The notes beneath the pieces are model-generated. The model was not told the DNA's origin, made no database searches, and saw only the letters and a program-made list of their open reading frames with translations. A stretch of 64,000 bases of DNA, taken from assembly GCA_000708835.1 (NCBI GenBank), contig DF237352.1, forward strand, positions 21,352 through 85,351. The letters run 5' to 3'. Shown piece after piece: positions 47,201-58,800 of the stretch. Numbering within the stretch: the first letter of the stretch is position 1; every line of letters starts with the position of its first letter. This DNA comes from Klebsormidium nitens. Taxonomy: Eukaryota > Plantae > Klebsormidiophyceae. The translations under genes were made by a program, and so were the position numbers.

Positions 47201-50200
47201 TTACAATCTGATGGTGTACGAAGAGCATGGCCTGAACGCATCCAACAGTACTTAGGCACGCTTATCGAAGTCTGATCGTCGGGTAAGTCGGTAAGAATTT
47301 GCTTACAGTTGCGCGCGCAGGCGAGTAGTTGCAGGTGTTCTGCGCGAAATTGCCGGCGGCCGCAACCACCGTGATTCCGCTCGTGGCAACCAGGTTGTTA
47401 ACCGCCTGGTCAAGGCTAACCGAGGTGGGGGTCGTGATTGACATGGAGACGACAGCTGGCATCTGCTTATTGGCCGCGATCCAGTCCAGCCCCGCGATGA
47501 TGTTGCCGTAGCCGCCGTTTCCGTCGCAGCCCATTGCGCGGACTGCGATGAGCGAAAAACGAGATTATGAGTACGTTCCGTTCCGTTGTTTTGACTGAGC
47601 GCAAGTCTGCTCTGTAAACAGACGAAAGGAGATTTTGCGAGCTTTTCTAGATCCTGACGAGCAGCGAAGGTGGGTGTCACCGCGCTTTCGCTTGCATTGA
47701 GGAGCAGACGCAGATGGAATGGCAGGAATGTGAGTGTTCCGTTTCCAGCGAGAGGGACTCGTTGTTTGGAGGGATTTTTTTTTCGATAGCAAGGGAGGCA
47801 AAATCATGCCTCGGTGGCTAAGCATGCAGCCTCCGAATCGAGTACTTTGGTTTCCACTTGGAGCCTGGACTCCGTTCTCAGGACGGATGCAGATCGGAGT
47901 GCAGATTTGCTTTCAGCACAAATTGTATCTTGATGGTTCGGCTCGGACTGGAAGACCGGATTCAAACTTTTGTGGATTGACTCGCATGCCAGGAAAAGAG
48001 ATGACTTTGCAAAGACTTTGCGTGCTTCGTCGAGCCGCTAAGGCTCTCGCAACGGTTCACACATGGAGCAACCTCCACTTGAGACAACACAGCTCGAACA
48101 CAATCCAAGCCAGACCCGGTCTGAAGGAAAGGAGGGAGTCGCTGGATAGCTGCAACTCGTCGCTTCGGCAACTACTTCGAGCGACTCGAACATTCAACAT
48201 CGTAAGCTTCTGCTCGGGAGACTAGTAAAAAGGACAAACGCCCAAGCGCACCAGAATGGATGTATGCGTTCTTGGCGAGCCCCGAGACCCGCCCCGCCAC
48301 GATGCCGGCGCAGTGCGTGCCGTGACCGTTGCAGTCTCCGGTGCCCTGGCCATCCCCCACGGCGTTAAACCCGGTTAGCACGCGGCTGCGCGACCCGTCC
48401 ATGGTCAGAAAGTCCTGATGGCTTGCGCGCACGCCCTGCGAAAACCAGATTCACCTGAGGGTTAGCTGGCAATTAAATGACTGGTAGTCGAAGTTGTAAG
48501 TCCTGATGGCCCGCACACTCGCCCTGCAGAAACCTGATTTCGACGACTCTAAGAGGGTGGTTAGCGGACTGGTAGGTGGGGTTAGTGAGTCCGGTTGATG
48601 TCCCGTCAAACCTCATAATGCTTTGGTTGGTCGCACGCAAACCTGTACTCGCAACCTCTGAACGTTTGCCCGTTTTTATGTTGCGACGAAACAACGACCA
48701 GCAAAGCTCGCTTCTATGAAACATTGAAGCTCCATAGTTCGACATTCATGAAAGTAGGAGCTTCAACAGCAAAAGAACGAATCACTGACGCCGTCACTCC
48801 CCAACGTTTCAAAATGGTAAGAGGTCGATTGGGAGCAGCTGATAACAAGCAATATTCTTCTCCAGAATACAGGGATGCAGACGTTGGTTCCTTGCAATGC
48901 AGGTAAGGACCTTACAAAGATGAGCTGCCATGTCCAGCTTACCGTATCGATGATATAGACGTGCACCCCGGTTCCGTCCATCGGGTAGTTGTAGGTATAC
49001 GTGTTATCCAACGTTGCGCCCCCAGGGTTCTGATCGCTCCTGTCAACTCCCCATGGGGGCCGGGATTGCGTCGCTGCGATCGACGCCGTTTTCGGGACCT
49101 CCAGAGTGGCGATGACGTCTTTGTTGTCGGCGAGCAAACCCACTAGGTTAGGCCCGGTTATGTTGATCGTGAACCCCTGGACGAGCGTGTTGAAGCGACG
49201 CGTGCAGATGCCGAGCTGACGACCCTCGACCTAGAGCAATATGAGGCAAGGGTGTAGTTCGTATCAGCTTTTTGTTTTGTAAGTTTTGGATAAGTGCTCA
49301 GTAATCGTTAGGCAGCTAAAAGGTTATCATCAATCTTGGTTGGATAGTGACAGTGCTTGGGGTTGTTTAGTCTCGATATGGTGGGGAGGCATTGATGATG
49401 CCAGCGAGGGGCGGCTGTTGACGTACGAGACACTGTAGAGTCCACCGGAAACCGGTCGACTAGAATTCAAACTCAGTCAAAGCGTTTGGTCAGAACCCTG
49501 CTTGGAGCTCAACGGGCAAACGTCCTCATTCGGTGGTACGTGCTCACAAAAATGGGCTTGGGTTTGAGGGCGTCATTTAGTCGAGTTCATCAAGTTTTTC
49601 CAGGTCCCATCAAACTCGCCGAGATTGCTCCGATGCCCTCCGTCGATGTATATGCAGCATCATCAGTCCTTTTACCTGCTTGCTCTAACCAGTGCAAGGG
49701 GTGGATCAGCCAGCATTTCATTTGACTCCCCAATAAGCGTTGCAACGGCCACAACACATGAGATCTGTTTAAATCCTTTGTTCAGATGCAAAACTTCAGT
49801 CAGCAGTGGTCATGCGAGTCAGTTGTGTTGCTAAAACAGAATTTTGGCAGAAACATTGATGAAGCAAGAGGCATCAGTTACTCTGCCAGTCATGCTTAGG
49901 TAGCTCAATTGAAAAAGCTATAAGAAGCAGTGTCTCCAATTCCTCTTGAGCAAACAAACCAGGAAGTCGACGCAACTTGTCCCAAAGCAACAGTCTTTGA
50001 GGGGCTAGGAGGGAGGGTCCTGTGAACCCTAACTAATGAAAAGGTGAAGCTTAACCGAATGGAGCTTCAAAAGAGTTCATCATGAGCTTGAACATTCAAC
50101 GCATGTTGAAGCCATTGCCAACCTTTGAATTTCGATCTTAAGTGAATTACCAGGCTGCTGTTAAGTGGAAGCGTGATCGAACCAGCAAAGGATGAAAAAG

Positions 50201-50594
50201 TATGTAGTGGAATTTAGCACAAAGCCGTGTCACATTTGTCTCAACAACAGGGATCACAAATCCCTGTGCAAACCAAGCGCGGGCGGTGCCTCACATTGTT
50301 GCAGATCTGATCCGCTGTCCCATTGGCCGTCGTATTCTTCAGCAAGATGATGTACTCTTGCGGGGTCTCTAAGCCACGCAAGCTGACAAAGGACCCATTG
50401 CTGGCCCCCCGGAAAGCTTGATCACAGGAATGAAGCACAGGGAGTCCCTTCCCCAGACTGCAAACATGGTACCCATTTCCTGTGCTGGAGCTACTTCCTG
50501 ACTTTCTGCCATCAGACTGGAGCACAGCCTGTGTGCATCCTAGAAAAAGAAGGATGAGAGCTAGGGTGCCAGCAAGCTGCTTGGGGAAATGCAT
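35216..50594 (-). CDS. Type I membrane subtilisin-like protease (S8, proteinase K-like) with I9-type propeptide, PPC-like domain, 4 TSP1 repeats, EGF/Cys-rich modules and TM (about 1417 aa, 19 exons)
   Basis: Exons 50473-50594, 50295-50382, 48943-49230, 48252-48435, 47307-47542, 46869-46955, 46360-46443, 45530-45815, 43357-43549, 42489-42703, 41795-42048, 41172-41363, 40173-40404, 39389-39630, 38684-39006, 38208-38361, 37549-37716, 36446-36646, 35216-35920 total 4254 nt with consistent phases. Signal peptide; triad VYIIDTG, HGTHCAG, GTSMATP; oxyanion AAAGN; WSxCxxxCGGG repeats; CSGHGTC EGF; TM WGIGLGVSLAMGIGFPGMVIGALLVYV. Confidence 0.9.
36650..37060 (-). repeat. Degenerate intronic copies of the acceptor and start of the 36646 exon
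   Basis: Copies of agccacagg(c)tc(t)gtccgtcgg.gttctggccgacc at about 36735, 36857 and 37007. Confidence 0.75.
40790..41240 (-). repeat. Tandem copies of the TSP1 exon 3' end and donor (about 138-bp period)
   Basis: ccgccgcaa(g)tcaccgggcactcggaccag at about 41203, 41065 and 40924, each with an accttgca donor echo. Confidence 0.85.
43500..44110 (-). repeat. Five copies of acceptor plus exon start (about 135-140 bp period)
   Basis: gaacgtgtc(g)cc(a)catgagcggcagacgtc ending near 43552 (true exon), 43687, 43824, 43964 and 44104. Confidence 0.85.
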
Positions 50595-52043
50595 CGTGCT
50601 GTTGGTTCAACGCCTGTCTGCTTGGGTCTCATGCAGCACGCTTAGCATCTGAGCCTGAGGACCGGTGTAAGACTAAACGAGCTATTTAGGGGGTAGTCCG
50701 TTTGGAGAGAAACGCCTCTTTCATTCCGACTTTGCAAGAAAGGTAGGTGTTCTCCTTACTACAATCGTCCAACCAACTGCGCCCCTTTGCTTCTAGTATC
50801 CAGTCCTGACAAGCTAGTTCTGCTGGCTGCCAGAGATATTCCAATACATTACGATCATTCTGCTTCATTCACTTGACGAACCAAAAGCGGCTGCCTTTTG
50901 CTGGTTTCCAGACACGACCAGCTTCTCTTTGGGTTTAAGGTTTCAAGACTTGCAGACTAAATGGAGGGAGCCTTTGTAAGGACAAATCGCAGGATTCCAG
51001 AGCTGCAACTTGCCTACTTGCAGCTTCCCCTCAATCGAAGATCCAGCCAGATGGACCACGCAGAAGGCGTGACGTTCAGCTTCAGAAGTGGAGAGATCTT
51101 CAGTGACTTCTCTAAGCAATGAGGACGTCAGATAGCGCCCTCAATTGGCCTCAAGCTCATGAAAAACAAAAGACAAACGCGGCCCAAAGGAGGAGCAAGC
51201 AGCATATGCCCAGTCCTCTCGCATCTAGAGCGTACGGCCAAGTACTTTTGAGTTGGTACCTTAACTAAGCTTGGTAATACCCTTAGTACACACCAGGCCG
51301 CTCATCGGATGCTCAGGGTAGGTACCTACTGCCCAGCTCTCGGACTGGTATGCAATGCACTACTCGGACCAGAGTACCGTACAGTGTTTACCGGTACTAT
51401 AGATGTCAGCAGCGTACACCGGAATACATACATTGATCCGCGCGCGCAGTTCAGCGAAACCGCCGCGACGATCTTGCGGATCAATCTGCATTTTGAAGAT
51501 GTATCGACGGTTCGCGTGTAAACATGTACGGCGAGAGTTAGCGCAATAACCCGACACGGTTACACGTACTGTATCCGTAACTTTCATTGCGTTTGTGACT
51601 TTCCAAGACTACTACAGCAGCCTGAGGGGACCATCGCTAGATCGAAGGGTAACATACTTGCTTCCTTCCAATGATGGGCTGAAATTTCAAGGCCCAAAGA
51701 GCCCCCATATATGTGGATTATCCATGATCAAGTCGATTGACAAAAATCTTCCGAATTGGAGAATTGTAATTCAAACAGTTGCAGGGTCACTCACAAGGTG
51801 CAAGGTTTGGCAACAGCTTTTGCACGAAACATGGTATTCGAGGATCGTTGGTGGATTCTAAAGAGCCTACGACTGTGAGTCACCATGCGAATCAGCTACG
51901 ACGGGCTTCTAAGAGGATCCTGTCACAATACTCGCCTACAATCGGTCACCATCTTGCCGTGTGCAGTACCCAAGATTGCAATGCCAGGAAGAGCTTCAAG
52001 GCCGCGTCAAGCTGACCGCCGAAGTTACGGAATAGATGGGTAC

Positions 52044-55000
52044 CTAGAAGAGTCTCTCCCTTAGAAATGCTAGAAGCTCACTCCAAGCTTGACGCTGGGG
52101 TCCACTACCCGCCTCCACCTAAACAGCGCAGTAGGAGATGGTCATGTTTCCATTCATGTCCCTCACAACGAGAGGTATCGAAGTGCTCGAACTGCAACAC
52201 TATAAAGGAATCACTTCACAGTGGCATCAGCGAAACGTGAATGAAAGGAGAGCTTCATTGTCGTGACAGCCGCTTAGTCGAGAGACCCTCAACTGACCAG
52301 CTACTTAAGTTCACGGATCGCCAACACATTGAGAAGGACGAGAGTCTAAACCCGAAGCTCCAAATTTCGCTAAGACCAGAACATGCTGCTTAGAAGTAAC
52401 TGCACGCAAACGGGGGCAAGCAACTACGAGCGAGTTCGCCGTGTACCTGGCCAGCATTGGCATACCCAACGCTGCGGTTCCACGTAAAGGTTGATTTTTC
52501 CAACCCGTTCCTACGGCTCAATGAAAATCAGGAACCCCGAACCATGACATGCATGAAGAGCATGTCAGCATGGGTTGGGCGCGGTTCATCTTCCGGATCC
52601 ATCCAGTAACTTAGTCAATGCTCATATTGGAATAATCTATTCCATGTTGTGATGAGCTTCTACGTGTGTACACCCTAGAACGAGACAATCTGGGAAGTGC
52701 TGAAGGAGAATGGAAGACGAACGGATTTTTACCCACCTGCGCCATGTTTCGAAAGAAGGCGTGGCCCTGTCCCGGAAACATGCTCTGCTTGACGTCGATA
52801 CCGGCCTTGACCAAGGCGTCCCGAAAAGCGTGCACCTGCGTCAGAGTCGTGCATTCATTGAACGATCAGGCAAAGATAGTAATATTGGTTTCTCAAGAAG
52901 GCATCCGTGTATAGAGCCTGGCATCTTCAATCTTGACCACCCCAAAGAATGCTTTCAGTATCCTTACGAAACTGACGTCACCGAGACCAGCAAACCTCTT
53001 CTCATGAGCAAAGGGTTTGAGTATCGGGCAATGTTTTGCCAAGTGCGCGCCTCCCTTATCCCCTTACGTGGACACCATGATTTAGAACACTTTGTGAAAA
53101 ACGATACACTCTTTCCGAGGGGACGTGTCCTGCTCCATCCACCGTCGAGCTCTCGAGGCAGAGGAGAGGCCGATACTTTGATCAAGTGTCACCTTGTGGT
53201 ACTTTCGAGAGGGCATTCTGATTCTGCAAGAGTGGGGCTGAGATGCAGCAGAATATGCGTGGGCGACCTTGTCTAGAAAACCTGCGAAGTCAGGCGGGCT
53301 GACCTTCGCAGGAGGGAATTGGGCGTCTCTGTCTCCGTAGATAAGCAGCACGGGGCCCTTCAGGCGGGCCAACACATCGACGTCCGTCAACTGCACTGAA
53401 TCAAACACGTCTGAGGGTTCAGGATCACAGTGAAGCTCGACAGTACTTCGATTGGTCAGCAGCGCGGAAGATCTTGAAAGTAGGCAGTAGCGAATATTGA
53501 CTCTGGGCGCTAATAGAATGTAAATGGAACGTTTGGGCTAGGGAAGGGGGGATAGATGATTTTTCAAATAAGACACATCCTGAAGAAGATATGAAAAGTA
53601 GATTCTGACACGGGCCCAGCTTGACGAGCAGTCACGTCACAAGAGAGTCCCAAAACTTTACGAAGATTATTTTCGAGATCTAAGCAACTTGATGAGGTCA
53701 GTGAGTCTGAATGGACCAGAACAGCCAAGAAGCGGACATACGCTCTTCAGGTCTTGCAAGGAAATTGACATGAGTGAATCAAACCAGGTCCCCCAAAAAG
53801 CTTCTTTCATTTTTGCAACACACGGAGACGTCTTCATCGGAGTGTTTCGACTCGACTTTCTCAAGCACGTGACTACAGCCAGCGGTGAAAGCAGCCACTG
53901 TGATTCATCTCCTTCAAGGAAGTATCTTCAGAGCGAAACAGGTGCGGTGTGAACAGACTTCTACATCGAAGCAGCTTTCTGCAGTGTTCAGGCTCGCAGG
54001 GGAAAATCTCAACTCCCGGTGTGGAAAAGCTCACCGGGCTGCCATAGAAGACGACGGTGGCAGCAGGGTTCCTGCGAGTGGCACTGTATCGGATGGCCTT
54101 CCCGCCGCCATAGCAAAAGCCCATCACCACCAGCCGAGTGATGTCTGCATCCGGTTGTTGGCTTGCCCACGCAACAACCGAGTCAAGGTCGTCGTTTACT
54201 CGCTCCTGCGAACCATTTTCACTTCGTTAAGATCAAGGAACGTAGTCAGATCGAACTCATCACAGTCACAGTCAAATACACCTTTCCTGAGTCGGCCAGT
54301 GTTTCGGAAGCTGTTGTTTAGGACAAGTGGTTCCTTTAGCGAACTCATCTTCGGAGGCGGCCACACCAAAGTTCTTTGGCTCAGATCCGTCAAACTTGTT
54401 GAAGAGTGTGCAAACAAAGGCATGCTTGCAGATAGCACATAGGATGAGAGAATAATGCTGGAGTTTGAGGGTCGAACTTGTACTGACGAATCTCCTATGT
54501 CTTGAATACAAGTCTGCCTATGATCAGTATTGCCTCACCTGAGGAGTGGATAATGCAAGGAAGATTGCCTTTGGAATGAACTTTGTCCAGTCCCCCCGGT
54601 AGGTGTCTGGAGCAATGACAAGAGCCCCCAGCTCTTCTGCAAGTGCCTGCGCCTTCCTGCAGAGCCAGTAGAAAGTTTCAGACTTGCTAGGCCACAGCTT
54701 GGACTCTGATTCATCCGACTAGTATCTACTATATCATGAGAAGTTCCTGCAGGCAAGCTGAGTGTTCAGTCCATACCCAAAAGCTCAACATCACCATTTT
54801 CAAACCAAGATGACAGAAGTGAAACCCCTGATTGTTTGTTGTATTCTACGTTTGATCCAGTTGCAGCTTCTCTGAGACCACTTGAAGTGAAAAAGGAGAC
54901 AACAGAAGGTCAAAATTTGTCATTTGGCCAGGAAGGTGCGACACGGCTCTTTGATCAATTAATAATCTATATGTGGCAAAGCCTCAGGCTGGAGTGCTGA

Positions 55001-55513
55001 AACTCACCCAACCATGTCCTCAGTCAAACCGTAAAACTCGTGAATCATGATTACAACAGGTAGCTTTCCAGGCCGGGCATGTGCTGGCCGAGCTGCAAAG
55101 GCGGCCACATCGGGTGAGCCATTCAGCCCCGGCACAATGATGTTCACTAGCTTTTCTAGTTCTGAATGCAATCGACAATTGATCTGGTCCCTCCTTCCAT
55201 TGCGTCGCCGCTGGTTGTGCGCCGAAGACTTTTGCCTGACCACAACCCTCCCATGGGTCAGAATATTGCGAAGAGAATGCTGCTGTTCGATCGGCTTCGA
55301 TAAAGACTGATTTGCGGAAAAGTTTCTCGGGGAAGTGCAAGCAAGACAAGACTGCGTTCTGCTTCTATATGATGTTGATGGTGGTGTTACAGGACGGATT
55401 CTAGTTGCGCTCACTTTATGACTACTCAAAGTACGCCCTTCAAGATTGACGCCAAAACCGAAAGATCCCCTTGGGACTGTGGGCGCACTGCTTGCTACTG
55501 AGCGGGAAGCCAT
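52044..55513 (-). CDS. Dienelactone hydrolase family protein (alpha/beta hydrolase) with long transit-peptide-like N-terminus (351 aa, 6 exons)
   Basis: Exons 55008-55513, 54539-54656, 54035-54205, 53304-53390, 52737-52835, 52044-52118 are in frame. Motifs PVVIMIHEFYGL, VIAPDTY, MGFCYGG (nucleophile Cys), IYGDRD (Asp), GHAF (His), QAWSELLAFL. Confidence 0.9.
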
Positions 55514-55816
55514 CGCGGCAGCTCTTCTTTGGGGTTTTTGAGTTCAAGAATCATGATGTAATGTACCCTGCTGCTGATCATTCACACCTACTTTCGTGAA
55601 CACTCCTGATCCATACTCAGCCCCTTTCAGGCTGCATCTGGGCTGACATAATTTCTAACTCGACCACTCCCATACAATTGCTACCAAGGACTTCTCTGCA
55701 ATTGCTGTCCGGCATTGCACATAAGCTGCTGCCATAGCAGCCTGATGGGGCGCGGGAGAGAGAATTGATCTCCCGAAGGACAGGCCCTTGCACATGATTC
55801 TGCAGATTGCAGGAGG

Positions 55817-55865
55817 TATAAAAGTGAAAATTTTACGGGCTATTAGGTCCGATGGAAAACCCTAA
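55817..55865 (+). promoter_or_regulatory. TATA-like TATAAAAG (55817-55824) and telo-box AAACCCTAA (55857-55865) in the 372-bp divergent spacer
   Basis: Motifs read directly, just upstream of the ATG at 55886. Function inferred. Confidence 0.35.
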
Positions 55866-55885
55866 TCGACGGACAAATCGGGCCT

Positions 55886-58800
55886 ATGGCTCAGGTCCAA
55901 TGCTGCGGGGCAGAAAGCAGCAGCTATCTTCACAATCAGTATCACAGCCAGGAGGGCAAATGGCAGGATGAAGACGTTCTGAGGCGCCCTAAGTGCCTAA
56001 GCATTGGCCATGGTGACTTACAGGCAGTCAAGAAGCCGCGCTCCGAACTTTTTGCAGTATTTGCTTTTCTTGGACTACTGCTCCTCGGAATCCAGACTGG
56101 GCCCTTCACCCAAAAGTCGAAGGAAAAGCTTGGCACTTGTGAACGTCAGCCGCTGGCAGCTCCATTCCTCAAAATGTCCAATGCACCCTCTCAGGAACAG
56201 GCTGCAGGCAGGCCAAAAGGGTGTGGAGGTGGAGTCTCTGTGAGAGGGGCTGACGGGCAGTTTAGGAAGAGAAGCTGGAAGGATATCTCCCCAGAACGAA
56301 GCAGCGGCAGCAATGATACAACACAACCAGATGTGAGTCACCAGAGAGCACCAAGCAATGCAACTCTTCCTGGGCAAGAGCCACTTCAGTCTCAGGTGGA
56401 CTGGGCCGAGGATGGCGGCGATTGGAGTAGCCAGTCTGATTCATTCCAGCGAGAGCCGTCGGTGCTCGATGTCTACACCCACCAGCTGCTCAGCATCTTG
56501 GAGGAATGCGTGCCCCCTGTTCTGCCGCTTGGTCCAGATGACGTTGATGAGGTCCTGGAAAGCACTTTCTGCTTTCCTACTTTTGTTGAGACAAAGGGGG
56601 TTTTAAACTACGACTCATTCGTAATGCCGGGGGTCTGTGAGGTCCCGCTTGTAGGTGGTGGAATAGCAGTGGCCCATTGGTGCAACTGCTGTCCAGAGCT
56701 AGAATTACAACGGTGCATCTTTAGTGGCATTCCCCAAGGGAAGCAGGAAATGTCTTACCTTGAGAGCCAGGCGCCACAGTGCATTCACCTAAAGGCGCTG
56801 TTCAAGCTTGGGGATGCTGTCGAGCTGACGGCTTCTAAACTTTGCGCACGGTCCAGTGAAAGCAGCAGAGCGCAGTCCAGTGGCGAGCAAGTTGCTGAGG
56901 AGCGTGTCCTTCTCCTCCCGTTTCGGGGTACTGCACCCAAGGCAGCTTTGGTAGGGACAACACGGTCGGATTGTGTTGTGGTTGTAGAGAAGAGTCCTGG
57001 ACGTTGGAACTGCACCGAGTGCTACGGCAAGGGGAAGATAAAGTGCTGGCATGTGCAAAGGGTGATGGGGCCAGGGGCGTCTTTTGAATATTCGAGGATG
57101 ACGCCAGAGCAGTTTGAGGAGCAGTTGGCTCAGGATTTTGACAAGACCACAGGAAAACGTAGGCTGAAGTGCCTCTCTCGGGCGGCTGTTCGGGAAGCAC
57201 ACCGGGCAGACCAGGATTTGGCCAGCCTACTGATGCGAAGAGGCACGGGTCAGGTTGGCTTCCCTGCGGTGTGTCAAGTCGGCGCGCCTTCGGAAGGAGA
57301 GTGCGGGAGCTGCAAACGGCCTTGGGCGGACTCCTTCGTGTCTCTGGTGTCGGGTACGATCTTCCACCTGCTTGCGCCTGTCCAAACTCAAGTCCAGGTT
57401 CGGACCTGCCCATGTGGGCGCACTGTTTGGCATTACGGCGGTCGTGCGGATGGCATTTTGAACTTCAACGACAAGTATCTCTACTCCTACGAGATCCTGC
57501 AATGGTGAGTTTACTGTGTAACTTGTAGTAAGTTCATTGATTCGCTCGTTTGGTCATGCTGGTTTGCTTTGACTTGCTTTTCTTTTGAGGTTGCCATCCT
57601 TCTACGGTTGTCTGTCGCAGGTGGTTACTACACGTCTTCTCACAGGCCTACTTTTTAGGGGCTGCTCTTGAAAGGGAGCCAGTTCAAGTGGTTGCCAATT
57701 CTGCTGCTTTGGTGTTTGATCAAGGGAGACGTTTCGAGTCCGAAGTCAGAAATGTCAGACATAGCCGCTTTGTCAATCAGCCGCCCTGACTCGCCAGTCT
57801 CTTTTCCGACGTCTGCAGTCCGCACAGATAGCAAAGTCTTTTGATCCGCTTGGCACATCCAATTCAGTGAGTTGCTGCTTGCGTCAATCTCAATCTTGTC
57901 AGGCACAGTTGGTCGGCGTCGCAGTTAAGGTGGAAAATTAACTGAATGAAACGGCTTCTATGTGCCCGACAAATGTGCTTGACCGGCTGGGGAAGCGTAT
58001 GCTTTTATGCATGTTGCGAAAGCACTGTACTCAAGAGGTTATCCTTCACGCTTTTGCTTGAATTCTGATTAAGCCACTGCTTTTGCGTTTGAATTGTACC
58101 TCTTAAGGACTCCCGTTTATGCAGAAACTTTCACCGACTTCCTCAACACAAGCTAAGAAAGTTTTCTGTAGGTGGTGTCATCTGACAGGCTCGCAAGGCG
58201 TGAGGGTCAGTATGAAGTTTTTATGGACATTGTTGAAATATATCTTGAGATTATCATCGTGATTTTCGAACTGCACTCGAATATCTACTGACTCTCATTG
58301 CTTTTCTTGCGTCGTTCTAGGTATGCCAACCAGATGTGGCGCGCTAAAGTGCCATTTGTGTCCATGTGGGAATCCGTTCTGTCAATGTACCTCGCTGCGG
58401 GCGTCGACAAGGAGGCCCTCAAGTTGTACATCAACCAACGTCAGGCGTTCCAAGACGCCTTCTTTGACTACATCACCCTACTCGACATCAACTACTCTAC
58501 GTCGTTCCGCTGTACGTGCGCCCCTCCGGAGGGGGTGTCGCCAGCGGATCACGAGCCATCTGAGCTCATCGGGGACGGTGTTACACTTGGTTATCGGGCA
58601 GATCTTAGCTACCTTGTAACACCTTGGAAGCGTGACAACACGGCTGAGCTAAAGACTGGTTCCCTTCATCAGAACCGGACGTTCGTGCAGAATGCTCAGA
58701 TCCGCGGGGCTCTACTCCGATTTGCACAGCCACCGGGGAAGGCAGGAGCGGGACTGATAGAGGACGAGTTAGAGCAACTGCGAACCTCCCTTTCAAACAC

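Noticed and set aside
57621-57790. Extra KDZ exon after the gcag acceptor at 57620
   Set aside because: It runs into a stop with no clear donor; direct splicing 57504/58321 gives a continuous family-like sequence (EILQWYANQMW).
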